Below are positions 55,001-64,000 of a stretch of 64,000 nucleotides of DNA, in pieces. The stretch lies in the NCBI GenBank assembly GCA_000091205.1, contig AP006501.2; one strand, written 5' to 3'. How positions within the stretch are numbered: the stretch's first letter is position 1; the number at the start of each line of letters is the position of its first letter. The stretch comes from Cyanidioschyzon merolae (Eukaryota). Both the position numbers and the translations under genes were made by a program. The notes below the pieces were generated by a model. It did no database searches. It saw only the letters and a program-made list of their open reading frames with translations, and was not told the origin of the DNA.

Positions 55001-56552
55001 ATTAAGGACGCCGTTAGGGACCGTATTGCACCTTGCTCGAGGACAATTCACCAGGCCTGCATAACATTGACACATCTCGTCAATGAATTGCTCGGCGTTC
55101 CAGGTGCGGAACTCCAAGGTACCCGCATTCCAATGGAATTTTTCGATCAAATATTCGTGCCAGAACTGAGACCCGGGACAGAAGCTGCGATACGACCTGA
55201 TATATCCAGAGCTCTAAATCATCATGAACCGGGCGGAATAGACACCAGGGGGCATACCAATATCGGGAATTTCAGTAGCTAGACCTCCATCTCGACGCTC
55301 TGCTTACGGTATTGATCTGAGAGGGATGATTTGTGCGCTTCTCTCACGGTATATGATGGTTCGGATGGCGCATGAGGACGATCCTTGGCTGGGATACCTG
55401 AGACGGTGCTGGTTTCGCCGCAAGTCTTGTTTGTATGGAGGTAAAACGTGCATTTGCGAAATTCGGGAATGGAAGAAATAGAAAATATCTGATAAGTTGC
55501 GTTGTTCGGGGGTTGCCTATGTCGCTTAACTTGCCGAAGAGCGCAAGGGCTCCACCCCTGCTCCTTCACAAAAAGCGCACAATGAGTGAAGGAATCGCTT
55601 CTGTTCGATTCCAATCGATGCTTTTGAGAGAACACTGACGCATCATGAGCTCGAGTGCACGCTGGAAAAGGTACAGAAACAAAGGGGGAAACAGAGCCGA
55701 ATGCAAGTGATGATACACAGTAAGTTGATCGAACTTCAAACGGCAAGGGAATCGAAGTAAAGAGGCTTGCTATGGATAATTTCACTAGGATCCATGAGCG
55801 TAAGCATGTCCTGCACCAGGACTTGAATGCTTCGAGAATCATCCGGAAATGTCTCGTACTTTCGGAACTTCCTGCCGCTGCTGGCGAGCGACGATTCAAG
55901 GGAATCATTTAGCGCTCAGTCTGGGCATTCTGATGAAACGTTGAGAAGCACGGATGAAAAACGTGAGTCGCCCGGAGAGATTGGAAGTGATTCCCGCCTG
56001 GAGCGAGTCACTGGTATGGCACAGTTCAGCAAACCACCAAGACCTAAACTCGATATCCATTCACGGAAAACGGTTTTCCATGAGACTAGCTAAACGATAT
56101 CTCGAGTTCGACTATTTGGTTTTAAATAGTATATTTTAACTTGTCCTGGCAAGCATGATCGTTTCTTCGAACGCCCTGCTGGGCATGAAGGTAGCCTCTA
56201 CATACAGCGGAGCTATGAGTCGGCGAGCTTCTCTCAGCCTCGTGAAAAGCCATTCAACACAAATACGTTTCAAATCAATGGCATGCCTCAGATTATCTTC
56301 ATCATACACAGGTCATCCACTACATACAGCATGAGTAGGCATTGATACTCCGCCAATCCTCCGTTTGGAGCGTCTGCCTGGAACGCCAAGCGTATCTTTC
56401 TCCGGGTGGCACAGTGTGCGGCCCAGCACGAGGACCAGATCCGACCGAAATGCACAGCGAACAGAATGTTTCGCAGCTGTTCCGCGATGTGTCGCAAGCT
56501 CTAGCAACGGGAGAGCTGTCGCAGATCGCACTTTTGACTAACTATTACTTCA

Positions 56553-57938
56553 ATGGCACAAAATGTCGAAGATGCAAGGCTCAAAGCTGAAGAGGAGGAA
56601 CAACTGCAGCGGAGCTTGTTGAGCATATTCCTACGGCGTCGCGATATTTGGGAGGAAGTTTGTGGCGACTTGCTCTTCGATCCGCTTTACGAATGGTGTG
56701 ATTACCCGACAGCTAAGGACCAGCGTGCAGTTGAACGTGCTATCATCGATGTTGATTTCGGACGGGCGGTCGTGCTGCTTCGACAGAAAAGATTCACGGA
56801 CGACGACGATAGCATCCTGGAGCGACGACTCGTCGGGCTGCTTCGCTGTTTATATCTGCAAGAGCCTCCATCGTCTTTGGTCCAAGACTTAGAGGCAGAA
56901 TTCTGCCAAGAGCACTTCACAAGGGAAAAGCACTTTAACTTTATGGACGGTGTACTGGACTCTCGTCGCGAGCTCGGAGAGGAATACCTCAGCCTTGAGG
57001 CCAGCCAGACTTGGATATTGTACTGGATTGCACACTCGCTGAATATTTTGGGCCGTAAGCTAACTGAATCTGAAGCCCGGGGCATCACTCGGTTCTGCTT
57101 GGAATGCCGAACGGAACAAGGTGGCTTTGGTGGGGGTATCGGCCATCATCCTCACGCAGCCGCGACGTTTGCAGCGACGTCGGCCCTTTTCATTGCCGGC
57201 ACTGTGTTGCCTGAAGCATTTGAGGTCTTGGATAGGCGGAAGTTCTTGCACTGGGTTCTGAGAGATCTGAAAATATCTCTGCCGGAGGGCGCCGCTTTTC
57301 GTGTGACAAGAGACGGAGAATCCGACGTTCGAGCAACGTATTGCGTTCTTGCTACAGCCTCGCTTTTGGGTGTACTAACAGAAGAGCTTGCCTCCGGAGT
57401 AGCTTCATGGATCTCTTGTTTACGTGCATTCGATGGAGGTTTCGGAGGTGAACCTTATAATGAGTCTCATGGAGGCTACACGTTTTGTGCTTTGGCTAGC
57501 CTGAGAATTCTGAACGATTCTGGGTTTTTATCCGAAAAGGAATTTGAAAGTTTGGTTAATCCATGCAGAAAATGGCTTCTCCTAAGACAGCGGCAGTTCG
57601 AGGGAGGATTCCAGGGAAGACCGAATAAACTTGTGGATGCTTGTTACGCGTATTGGATTGGAGCTTCTTGCAAAATAGTGGACGTTGAGTTCAACGCATC
57701 AGCGTTGGCAAGGTATCTGCTGCGCTACTGCCAGGACTTCGAGACAGGTGGCTTTCGGGACAAACCGGGTTCAGACCCTGATTTTTATCACACGTGCTAT
57801 GCTTTAAGCGGCTTGTGTCTCACGGGTTGGCATGCTCTCGGCGAAAATGGAACCAAAGTCGAGCTACTTGAATTAGACCCCATTTATAATCTCACAACGA
57901 ATGCGCTCAAACAAGCGAAGGAGTTTTTCGCAGACTAG
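56553..57938 (+). CDS. Protein farnesyltransferase beta subunit (prenyltransferase beta repeats)
   Basis: 461 aa. Five prenyltransferase/squalene-cyclase-type repeats (GGFGGGIGHHPHAAATFAATSAL; GGFGGEPYNESHGGYTFCALASL; EGGFQGRPNKLVDACYAYWIG; ETGGFRDKPGSDPDFYHTCYALSGL). N-terminal FTREKHFNFMDGVL…ASQTWILYWIAHSL is collinear with FNTB (LQREKHFHYLKRGL…ASRPWLCYWILHSL). Size and the REKHF motif favour FTase-beta over GGTase-I beta. Confidence 0.75.
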   Translation: MAQNVEDARLKAEEEEQLQRSLLSIFLRRRDIWEEVCGDLLFDPLYEWCDYPTAKDQRAVERAIIDVDFGRAVVLLRQKRFTDDDDSILERRLVGLLRCLYLQEPPSSLVQDLEAEFCQEHFTREKHFNFMDGVLDSRRELGEEYLSLEASQTWILYWIAHSLNILGRKLTESEARGITRFCLECRTEQGGFGGGIGHHPHAAATFAATSALFIAGTVLPEAFEVLDRRKFLHWVLRDLKISLPEGAAFRVTRDGESDVRATYCVLATASLLGVLTEELASGVASWISCLRAFDGGFGGEPYNESHGGYTFCALASLRILNDSGFLSEKEFESLVNPCRKWLLLRQRQFEGGFQGRPNKLVDACYAYWIGASCKIVDVEFNASALARYLLRYCQDFETGGFRDKPGSDPDFYHTCYALSGLCLTGWHALGENGTKVELLELDPIYNLTTNALKQAKEFFAD

Positions 57939-58014
57939 ATATACTATTATTTAGTCGTCGATTTGATTTGGGAATAGACGCTAAAGCAGCTTAAACCAAC
58001 AAAACTCTAAGATT

Positions 58015-58497
58015 TTACTTGCCTTTCTGCTCACGGGACGATTTCTTGCTGGACTGAAAGTCGAGGGCCCATAGGCTTGGAGGAATACTGATACGCATCA
58101 ACACGTAGTGAAAATCTAGGTGTTCGCAAGGTCTTAGTTCTTCTTTTGGTCTTATGTACAAAGAATGCTGACCATGTGCTGAGTATGACGACATAGCTCC
58201 AGATGCATGCAGAGTAAGGTACTCTCTTATGTAGCGTCCACTAATTTGGATAGTATGTTTGAGATTGCACGGAGACGAAACAGAAAACCAATCGCATAAT
58301 TCGCGCGCGGCGTACGGAAGATTTTTGTGCTCGATCTCAATTACTGGCCGGCGCGCCAGCCCAAATTTCGGTCTCGCTGGCAATCGTACAGGAGAGAACA
58401 ATATTTTCTCGACATGGGAAAATGTATTCGTGTGGTAGCACTTAGACTGAAATCTCGATCTTACCCGTAAATCTATTCCTCGTAACCAATCTCTCAA
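58015..58497 (-). CDS. Hypothetical protein (160 aa), no recognisable family
   Basis: An ORF in an otherwise gene-free 1.2-kb gap. Codon usage is unremarkable and I recognise no motifs. Confidence 0.15.
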   Translation of the reverse strand: MRDWLRGIDLRVRSRFQSKCYHTNTFSHVEKILFSPVRLPARPKFGLARRPVIEIEHKNLPYAARELCDWFSVSSPCNLKHTIQISGRYIREYLTLHASGAMSSYSAHGQHSLYIRPKEELRPCEHLDFHYVLMRISIPPSLWALDFQSSKKSSREQKGK

Positions 58498-59214
58498 AGG
58501 TTGCGGCAGCGGATGTTACGTTTTTTTCGCTTAAAAGCTCTCACACGGAGTTTCCATTTGCTTGGTTTTTATTCGATCCATGCCTCTCGCATATGCTGCA
58601 AATTATTCGTATACGTGAAGCTTCAGCTTCTCTTTGATTTTTGGTTCTGCTATGTTTCGCTAGCAAGCATTCGAGTCTGTTCTTTGGCTCCTGCAGAGCA
58701 GCGCTTGCTAAGGTCTATGCATTGATTTCAAATGAACACTGGAGGCCCGCTTGCAGGAGTGCGGGCTGTGGAAATCCCCAACATGCAGGTGCCTGTCATA
58801 CTTTGCTGAAGGCCAGTAGAATCACGCTCGGAACCGGTTACCCTTTACTGACGGCAGCAAGTATCCTCTTGAATTCTGAGATTTGGTACAGTGGAGCATA
58901 AGCGTCGGCGATGAGCTCGTAGCCGATACGTGCAGCCCTTGAAAAAATCAGCTTTTTAGAACTCAGTCAACCGCCTCCACACGCCTTTCCCTGCTTGTTT
59001 TACTCACTCCTGACAGCGAACGCATGTCTTTTCTGTCTCTGGCTGGAAGCCAACGTCTGGATAGGCACTAGCCGCGTTGCCAGGAAGCGAGGATTCCAAC
59101 AGAAGTTCGTTCCAGAGTTTGAGAGTAAAGCATCAAATTTTGGGTTCGGATTTCTGCATTACTGCTCACTTGAGAACAACATCCGACCTTGAAAAGATGC
59201 CATACATTCGCGGC

Positions 59215-62200
59215 CTAGAGGGCATTTCGCGAGGTGATAGATTTGTTGAAACGTATTGAGACTGTCGCATGAGCCGAATCCTTCTCGAGTGCAGGACAAC
59301 CAAATCCGCCGCGCACATAGAACTCCTGCTCGGATTGCTCGCTTGCTTGAGTTCCATCCTCGTCTGAGCCTTCATCATAGACGCTATCTATGTCGCACCT
59401 TTCAGAGGCCTCAATGTCGTCAGAGAAACTGTCTTCCGAATCTAAGAAATCTGTTTGGCTTGCGTCTGAAACGATGTCAGTACTGTCTCGGTCTTCACCG
59501 CCGAAGATGAGCTCCAATGCATTGTTCGTTCGGGTAGAGGATGTTGGGCCGTGCAGAAGCCCTTCGATATCATATGAATACAGTTTGCACCATGAAATAA
59601 TTTCGCCGCGGAGCTCCTCTGTTCGAAGCAATATTCGTGGAGAAAGTTTCATGAGCCGCTTATTCGCAGAGTTGTCAAAACTGCCGACTTCAGTGAACGA
59701 ATTAGACATCTTTGTTGCTTCACATAAAGTTTCACACAAGTTCAGCGCTTTCGCGAAAACGAAAGCGATCGCATCGCGGACGGTGACGAGCTCCATCCCC
59801 TGTGGCGGTTGAACACGATTGAGGCGGTCCAGTCGAGAACGTAGTACAGGCAAGACTGCGAGAAGCTCACTGAAGAAGACCACCCTACAGGTTTGACGGT
59901 CGGATCGAGCATTCTGTACCACCGCGAATACCCGCCTGCAAACCTCAATGCTAAAATGGGAGGATCGAAGTTGATTTCGCAGGTGACCGTGTGATTCTCG
60001 AATGAGCAATCGAGGGAGGCATAGCGCAATCCACGGGATTGACGCATTCGTCACACAGTTGAAACGAGGATGCGTACTCGGTGAGCTCCAGTTTTCAAGT
60101 ACATCTAGCAACTGCCCGACCTCATTCGGTAGGCAACTTTCCGGCAGACTGTATAACCATTTCCAAACGCGATAGCGCTCCGAAAGAAAAGGATGTCGAG
60201 AGTTGCCCCCACATGGCGAATTCAAATACTTCCGAACTATCTTAGCATTCGGTTCTGCATCGAACTTTCTGGTAAGCGCGTACTTCCGAAGCATTGTACA
60301 GCGCTCCCGCAATTGCAATGCAAAGGAGCACGATGGATGAGTTTGTTTCCAGTGCTTGATACGCAGCTTTGCACAGGTCTCGAACACGTTAGTGGCCAGG
60401 ATAGCCTCCAGGACTGTTCGAGCACCGTGTGTCAACGTCTCAAAATATTCAAGCACATCGAAAACCAGATTCTGTTCGATCTCTGTGCCGCCGGCGCCTA
60501 TGTAGTACCAGACAGTCAGGTGCCAAAGACGCAGGAGTGCCGGCGCCAACGCCATACACAGCGGACTCGTTTCACGCATGCATAGACATGTTTTCTCGCA
60601 CAGGTAGCTCAGCCAGGCGGGATTCCACAGATCTGCAAAGTGCTTCAATCCGCCAAGATCTTCAGTGATACCTGTTTCGAGTTCGTCTAGGAGGCAGAAA
60701 ATCTGACCTGTGCTATGCAAGAGATCAGACTTAATGATCCGCTGAACTAGCAGAGGGACATTTGTCTCTTCAGAAATGGATCTATATAGGGCCTCGATTC
60801 TTGTCATGGCATTTCTAGAATCAGGAGCGCGCTCAAGGAAAATGAAGATTCCAACAGCTATCGCCCTCTCCAGCTGGTCTAACGCATGAGCAAAGACCCA
60901 AGCAAGCTCAGGTGGAACGGGTCTGCGACAATGTTCCATTGCACCTAGCAGAATTTCCCGTCCGTGAATTGCACATTCCACAGCTTTTGAGACCTCAACA
61001 GTTTGCATAGAGCATATGTCGGTCGCAAGCTCAGTGAGGACACTGCTGAAATTCTCAGAGGGGCCTGTAGGCTCCTGCTCGTATGCCGCAAAAATAGATG
61101 CCTCGTAGAGTTTGAAAACGTTTCGAGGTACAGCCACCTGAAAGTCTCTCCATGAGCTATCTGTGCACGCAATATACGCACGAAGCGCTTGCCGCGTGAA
61201 ATGAGGCATGCTCTTCGAGAGTGATTTCGTCCGAAATATTCGACAGCCATGAAATATGTCGCTTGGGATGATTTTCTCTAGTATAGCAGCAAAACCATCC
61301 GGATTGATTCCATGTTCAGCAGAATCAGCAATGAGGCCGAGCAGGCTCGCCGCGAAAACTTCTTGAGCATCCATAGGAACGTTTTCCAGAATACTCCTGA
61401 GAACGACAAGTCGCTCCTGCTCGTCGCATCCGCGCGTAGTTGCTCGAACGTACAGTCGAGCCATGCTGCAAGCAGTATTCCACTGCCATAACGCTTGTTT
61501 CCGTATCAGCGAGCTTAAATTTGAAAGAATCCTCGAATCCTTTTCCCCCAGCGTTTGAAAAACGAGTGCGAACATATCAAGCATTGTCTCTGTCTGCAGC
61601 ATGTGCGAGAACGAAGAGACGCGATCCAGAATGAGTGGGGCGAATGGTAGCATCGTTTGCGTACGCGATCGACATAGCTCAAGTAAGGCAGAGGCGGCCT
61701 TGATTCTAAAAGCTCCCCCATGCTTTCGTGAGCTGCGGTACTTCGCAGATTGAAGAGGTACTGCACCACTGAAACACACTCCAAGAAGGTCTTTCACGAT
61801 ATCGGATCTTATGGACGCGTAAGAATCAAAAAATGTTGGCAAGCATACCTCAAGAACATCCCAGGATTTCTCGTGGGAACACAGAATTCGCAGAAAACGC
61901 AGCGCCCCAGTCGGAAATCTTTCAAATGCCGACATGTATGTTGCTAAGATACCGCGCAAGCACATTGCGTTCAAGCGTCGTGCAATCAGACTCTCTGAGA
62001 TAGCAATCTCAGCTATCCTGTCCATCCGAATTCGAGAAAGCATAAACAGCCAAAGACAGAAATCAAATGGCGAGATTTGGTCTGGAGACGGCCTATATCG
62101 AAACCTATTACGATGCCCATTCCGCGCATTCGAAGCCTTGCGTGGATGCCCCAGATCATCAAGGCACTTTTTCTCATCGCGCCCTTCGGTAAAACTATCA

Positions 62201-62820
62201 CTGAAGATCCTCTCCAGAACGTAACGGTCTATTCGTGAAACATCATCCAGCACTTCCACGACGAGAAAAAGAAGTTCAGGGGATGCGTCTTTCAGGTACT
62301 CGCGGATACGCTTGAAAAAAAGACCGCTCTTGGAACCTGACAGTTTGAGAAGTGCTCGAATAAGCGACGGAATTTCATTCTCTTCTACGTTGCCTAAGGA
62401 CTGCAGCGCAAGTTCGACTACGCCAGCGTGGAGTTTTCCTGACAGAGGCAACTCGCTGGCTGAAGCCAGTACTGGCACGAGCAAACTGCGGTCTAAAGCG
62501 ACGAGTTCCTTGTAGACTAGGAACGCGTTGTTGACGTCTTCCTGGCTACCAGATATAATATGCGCGGAGTAAGGCAGCAAGGTCCTAGGGTACAACGGCA
62601 GCAGCTCGAGAAAACGCTCCGTTACGGCTGGGGACGGTTGGCAGACGTGCTGCTTGATGATTTTGCAAGCTTCATCGAGAGCTTCTTCCTCTCCCAACTC
62701 CGAGGCAATCTCTAGCAGAAACAGTCCTGCTTCAGAACAAGTATCCCGTTGAGCTAGTAGTGAAATAGTTTCAGTAAGTTGCGCAGCGCCTATGGCCCGT
62801 AGCAGGTTTTTTGTGCTCAT
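59215..62820 (-). CDS. Large (1201 aa) alpha-helical-repeat protein with strongly acidic C-terminal tail; function unknown
   Basis: A single uninterrupted 3.6-kb ORF in a GC-rich, gene-like context. The predicted protein is leucine-rich and helical (HEAT/ARM-like composition). C-terminal DSEDSFSDDIEASERCDIDSVYDEGSDEDGTQASEQSEQE. No confident family assignment. Confidence 0.55.
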   Translation of the reverse strand: MSTKNLLRAIGAAQLTETISLLAQRDTCSEAGLFLLEIASELGEEEALDEACKIIKQHVCQPSPAVTERFLELLPLYPRTLLPYSAHIISGSQEDVNNAFLVYKELVALDRSLLVPVLASASELPLSGKLHAGVVELALQSLGNVEENEIPSLIRALLKLSGSKSGLFFKRIREYLKDASPELLFLVVEVLDDVSRIDRYVLERIFSDSFTEGRDEKKCLDDLGHPRKASNARNGHRNRFRYRPSPDQISPFDFCLWLFMLSRIRMDRIAEIAISESLIARRLNAMCLRGILATYMSAFERFPTGALRFLRILCSHEKSWDVLEVCLPTFFDSYASIRSDIVKDLLGVCFSGAVPLQSAKYRSSRKHGGAFRIKAASALLELCRSRTQTMLPFAPLILDRVSSFSHMLQTETMLDMFALVFQTLGEKDSRILSNLSSLIRKQALWQWNTACSMARLYVRATTRGCDEQERLVVLRSILENVPMDAQEVFAASLLGLIADSAEHGINPDGFAAILEKIIPSDIFHGCRIFRTKSLSKSMPHFTRQALRAYIACTDSSWRDFQVAVPRNVFKLYEASIFAAYEQEPTGPSENFSSVLTELATDICSMQTVEVSKAVECAIHGREILLGAMEHCRRPVPPELAWVFAHALDQLERAIAVGIFIFLERAPDSRNAMTRIEALYRSISEETNVPLLVQRIIKSDLLHSTGQIFCLLDELETGITEDLGGLKHFADLWNPAWLSYLCEKTCLCMRETSPLCMALAPALLRLWHLTVWYYIGAGGTEIEQNLVFDVLEYFETLTHGARTVLEAILATNVFETCAKLRIKHWKQTHPSCSFALQLRERCTMLRKYALTRKFDAEPNAKIVRKYLNSPCGGNSRHPFLSERYRVWKWLYSLPESCLPNEVGQLLDVLENWSSPSTHPRFNCVTNASIPWIALCLPRLLIRESHGHLRNQLRSSHFSIEVCRRVFAVVQNARSDRQTCRVVFFSELLAVLPVLRSRLDRLNRVQPPQGMELVTVRDAIAFVFAKALNLCETLCEATKMSNSFTEVGSFDNSANKRLMKLSPRILLRTEELRGEIISWCKLYSYDIEGLLHGPTSSTRTNNALELIFGGEDRDSTDIVSDASQTDFLDSEDSFSDDIEASERCDIDSVYDEGSDEDGTQASEQSEQEFYVRGGFGCPALEKDSAHATVSIRFNKSITSRNAL

Positions 62821-62978
62821 GTGTACTAGAGCTCATGGAAAATAAATGAATTTTTCGCGCGCAAATTTCTTCGCGAAGCGCAGTTCTCGTTCGGCAGTGT
62901 ATGCCGTCGCAAACTTTAAGGCACTGGAGCGGGCGTGCCGACAGTCCAGAGTTTTTGAGTTTTGTCAGACAATTGGTA

Positions 62979-64000
62979 GAAGATCAAGGCGAAGTTGAGA
63001 AAACAAGTTTAGATCAGCTCGTAACCGAGATTTCCAAGGTCTTTGTTGGTTTCTCACGTCTGCCTACCCGGGCAAAGTTCCAGGCAGCCGCGAAAGCTCT
63101 TACGCTCGTGCAAAGTGTCGAACAGAACGTGAACACGGAGGTTTATCGTGCCGCAGGTTGCGCTCGCCTACCTTCCAAAGTTGGATCGCGGATCCCTGAT
63201 GGTAACCACTTCGTCACTTCCGTTCAGGAGAGTTCCCGTGAGACGACAGCATCAGTAAAAAGGCACCGACAAGTAGACCCCAACATGCCCCATACGCCGC
63301 CGAGGGCGCCCTTAAGTCGGAGTTCTTTTTTAACTGCCCGCCCGAAACAACGATATGAAGACATCGGAGGTATCGAAAGCATACTGAGTCATATTCGTGA
63401 GCTTGTAGAATGGCCGCTTCGGTACACAGAGCTCTACAAACATCTCGGAGTTGATCCACCTCGAGGTGTGCTGCTTCACGGGCCCCCTGGCTGCGGTAAA
63501 ACTCTCCTTGCCAATGCAATTGCCGGCGAGCTCGGTGTTCCGTTCTTGCGATTGTCGGCGCCAGAACTTATTGCGGGAATCTCGGGAGAATCAGAGCAAC
63601 GTGTCCGTTCCTTATTTGACGAGGCGAAGTCGTTGGCGCCTTCACTTATCTTTATTGATGAAATCGATGCAGTCACATCAAGAAGAGAGACTTCCAGCAG
63701 AGAGATGCAAAATCGTGTTATCGCCCAGCTTCTTTCGTGTTTGGATTCTATATCTTTGCAGGAGACTGGCGACCGGTTGGTGATCGTTATCGGCGCAACA
63801 AACAGAGCTGAAGCACTAGACCCCGCTCTTCGACGCGCAGGACGATTTGACCGAGAAATTGAAATAGGGGCCCCTGATGAGGAAGCACGTGAAAAAATAC
63901 TGCGGAATGTAACCAGGAGAATGCTTCTCTCCGAAGATTTCAACTTCAGAACGATTGCGCGCCGTACCGCCGGATACGTGGGTGCGGACCTCGCAGCACT
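62979..64000 (+). CDS. AAA+ ATPase of the CDC48/NVL(Rix7) subfamily, 5' portion (runs off the window end; start codon uncertain)
   Basis: Manual translation of the frame opening after the TAG at 62976 gives …RYEDIGGIESILSHIRELVEWPLRYTELYKHLGVDPPRGVLLHGPPGCGKTLLANAIAGELGVPFLRLSAPELIAGISGESEQRVRSLFDEAKSLAPSLIFIDEIDAV…VIVIGATNRAEALDPALRRAGRFDREIEIGAPDEEAREKIL. It contains Walker A, Walker B, sensor-1 and arginine-finger motifs. The first in-frame ATG is at 63285; the ~100 aa before it look N-domain-like. Confidence 0.8.

Noticed and set aside
1-64000. Prokaryotic-style defence island, operon or CRISPR array
   Set aside because: No short direct-repeat/spacer arrays. The genes are typical eukaryotic nuclear housekeeping genes (PCNA, ORC1, eIF3e, ELP2, Sec61-gamma, ALG10 and others) with kb-scale spacers and eukaryotic retroelements. 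Nothing resembles a bacterial or phage system.

Overview
This window is eukaryotic nuclear DNA at about 55-58% GC. The genes are long single-exon ORFs, so the genome is intron-poor. No prokaryotic operons, CRISPR arrays or defence-island architecture are visible, and no candidate for a novel biological system was found. RelA/SpoT, lumenal FKBP and geranylgeranyl-reductase homologues suggest a plastid-bearing host, possibly a compact-gene red-alga-like genome; that is inference only.

Genes recognised by direct similarity to well-known families:
- SPOUT/DUF171 methyltransferase (C9orf114-like)
- PCNA
- eIF3e
- a Tim17/22/23-like membrane protein (weak)
- FKBP-type PPIase
- geranylgeranyl-reductase-family flavoprotein
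- ORC1 (BAH + AAA+)
- RNA polymerase second-largest subunit, probably Pol I RPA2
- a Myb/SANT protein
- Sec61-gamma
- ALG10
- DHHC (DHYC-variant) palmitoyltransferase
- ELP2
- a RelA/SpoT homologue
- farnesyltransferase beta
- a 1201-aa orphan helical protein
- the 5' part of an AAA ATPase running off the window end

The most unusual content is repeat and mobile-element structure.
- A roughly 5.1-kb non-LTR retrotransposon (endonuclease + RT + zf-RVT, reading frame broken) sits on the minus strand with exact 15-bp target-site duplications.
- A 271-bp 5'-truncated copy of its 3' end lies 38 kb away with its own 13-bp TSD.
- Two near-identical (>99%) inverted repeat pairs, A (2.2 kb) and B (1.4 kb), occur in a permuted arrangement. 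They bracket a 15.6-kb gene-bearing segment.
- A roughly 200-bp diverged core carrying Tc1/mariner-like peptide remnants recurs four times.
- A 4-kb low-GC island contains degenerate ORFs.
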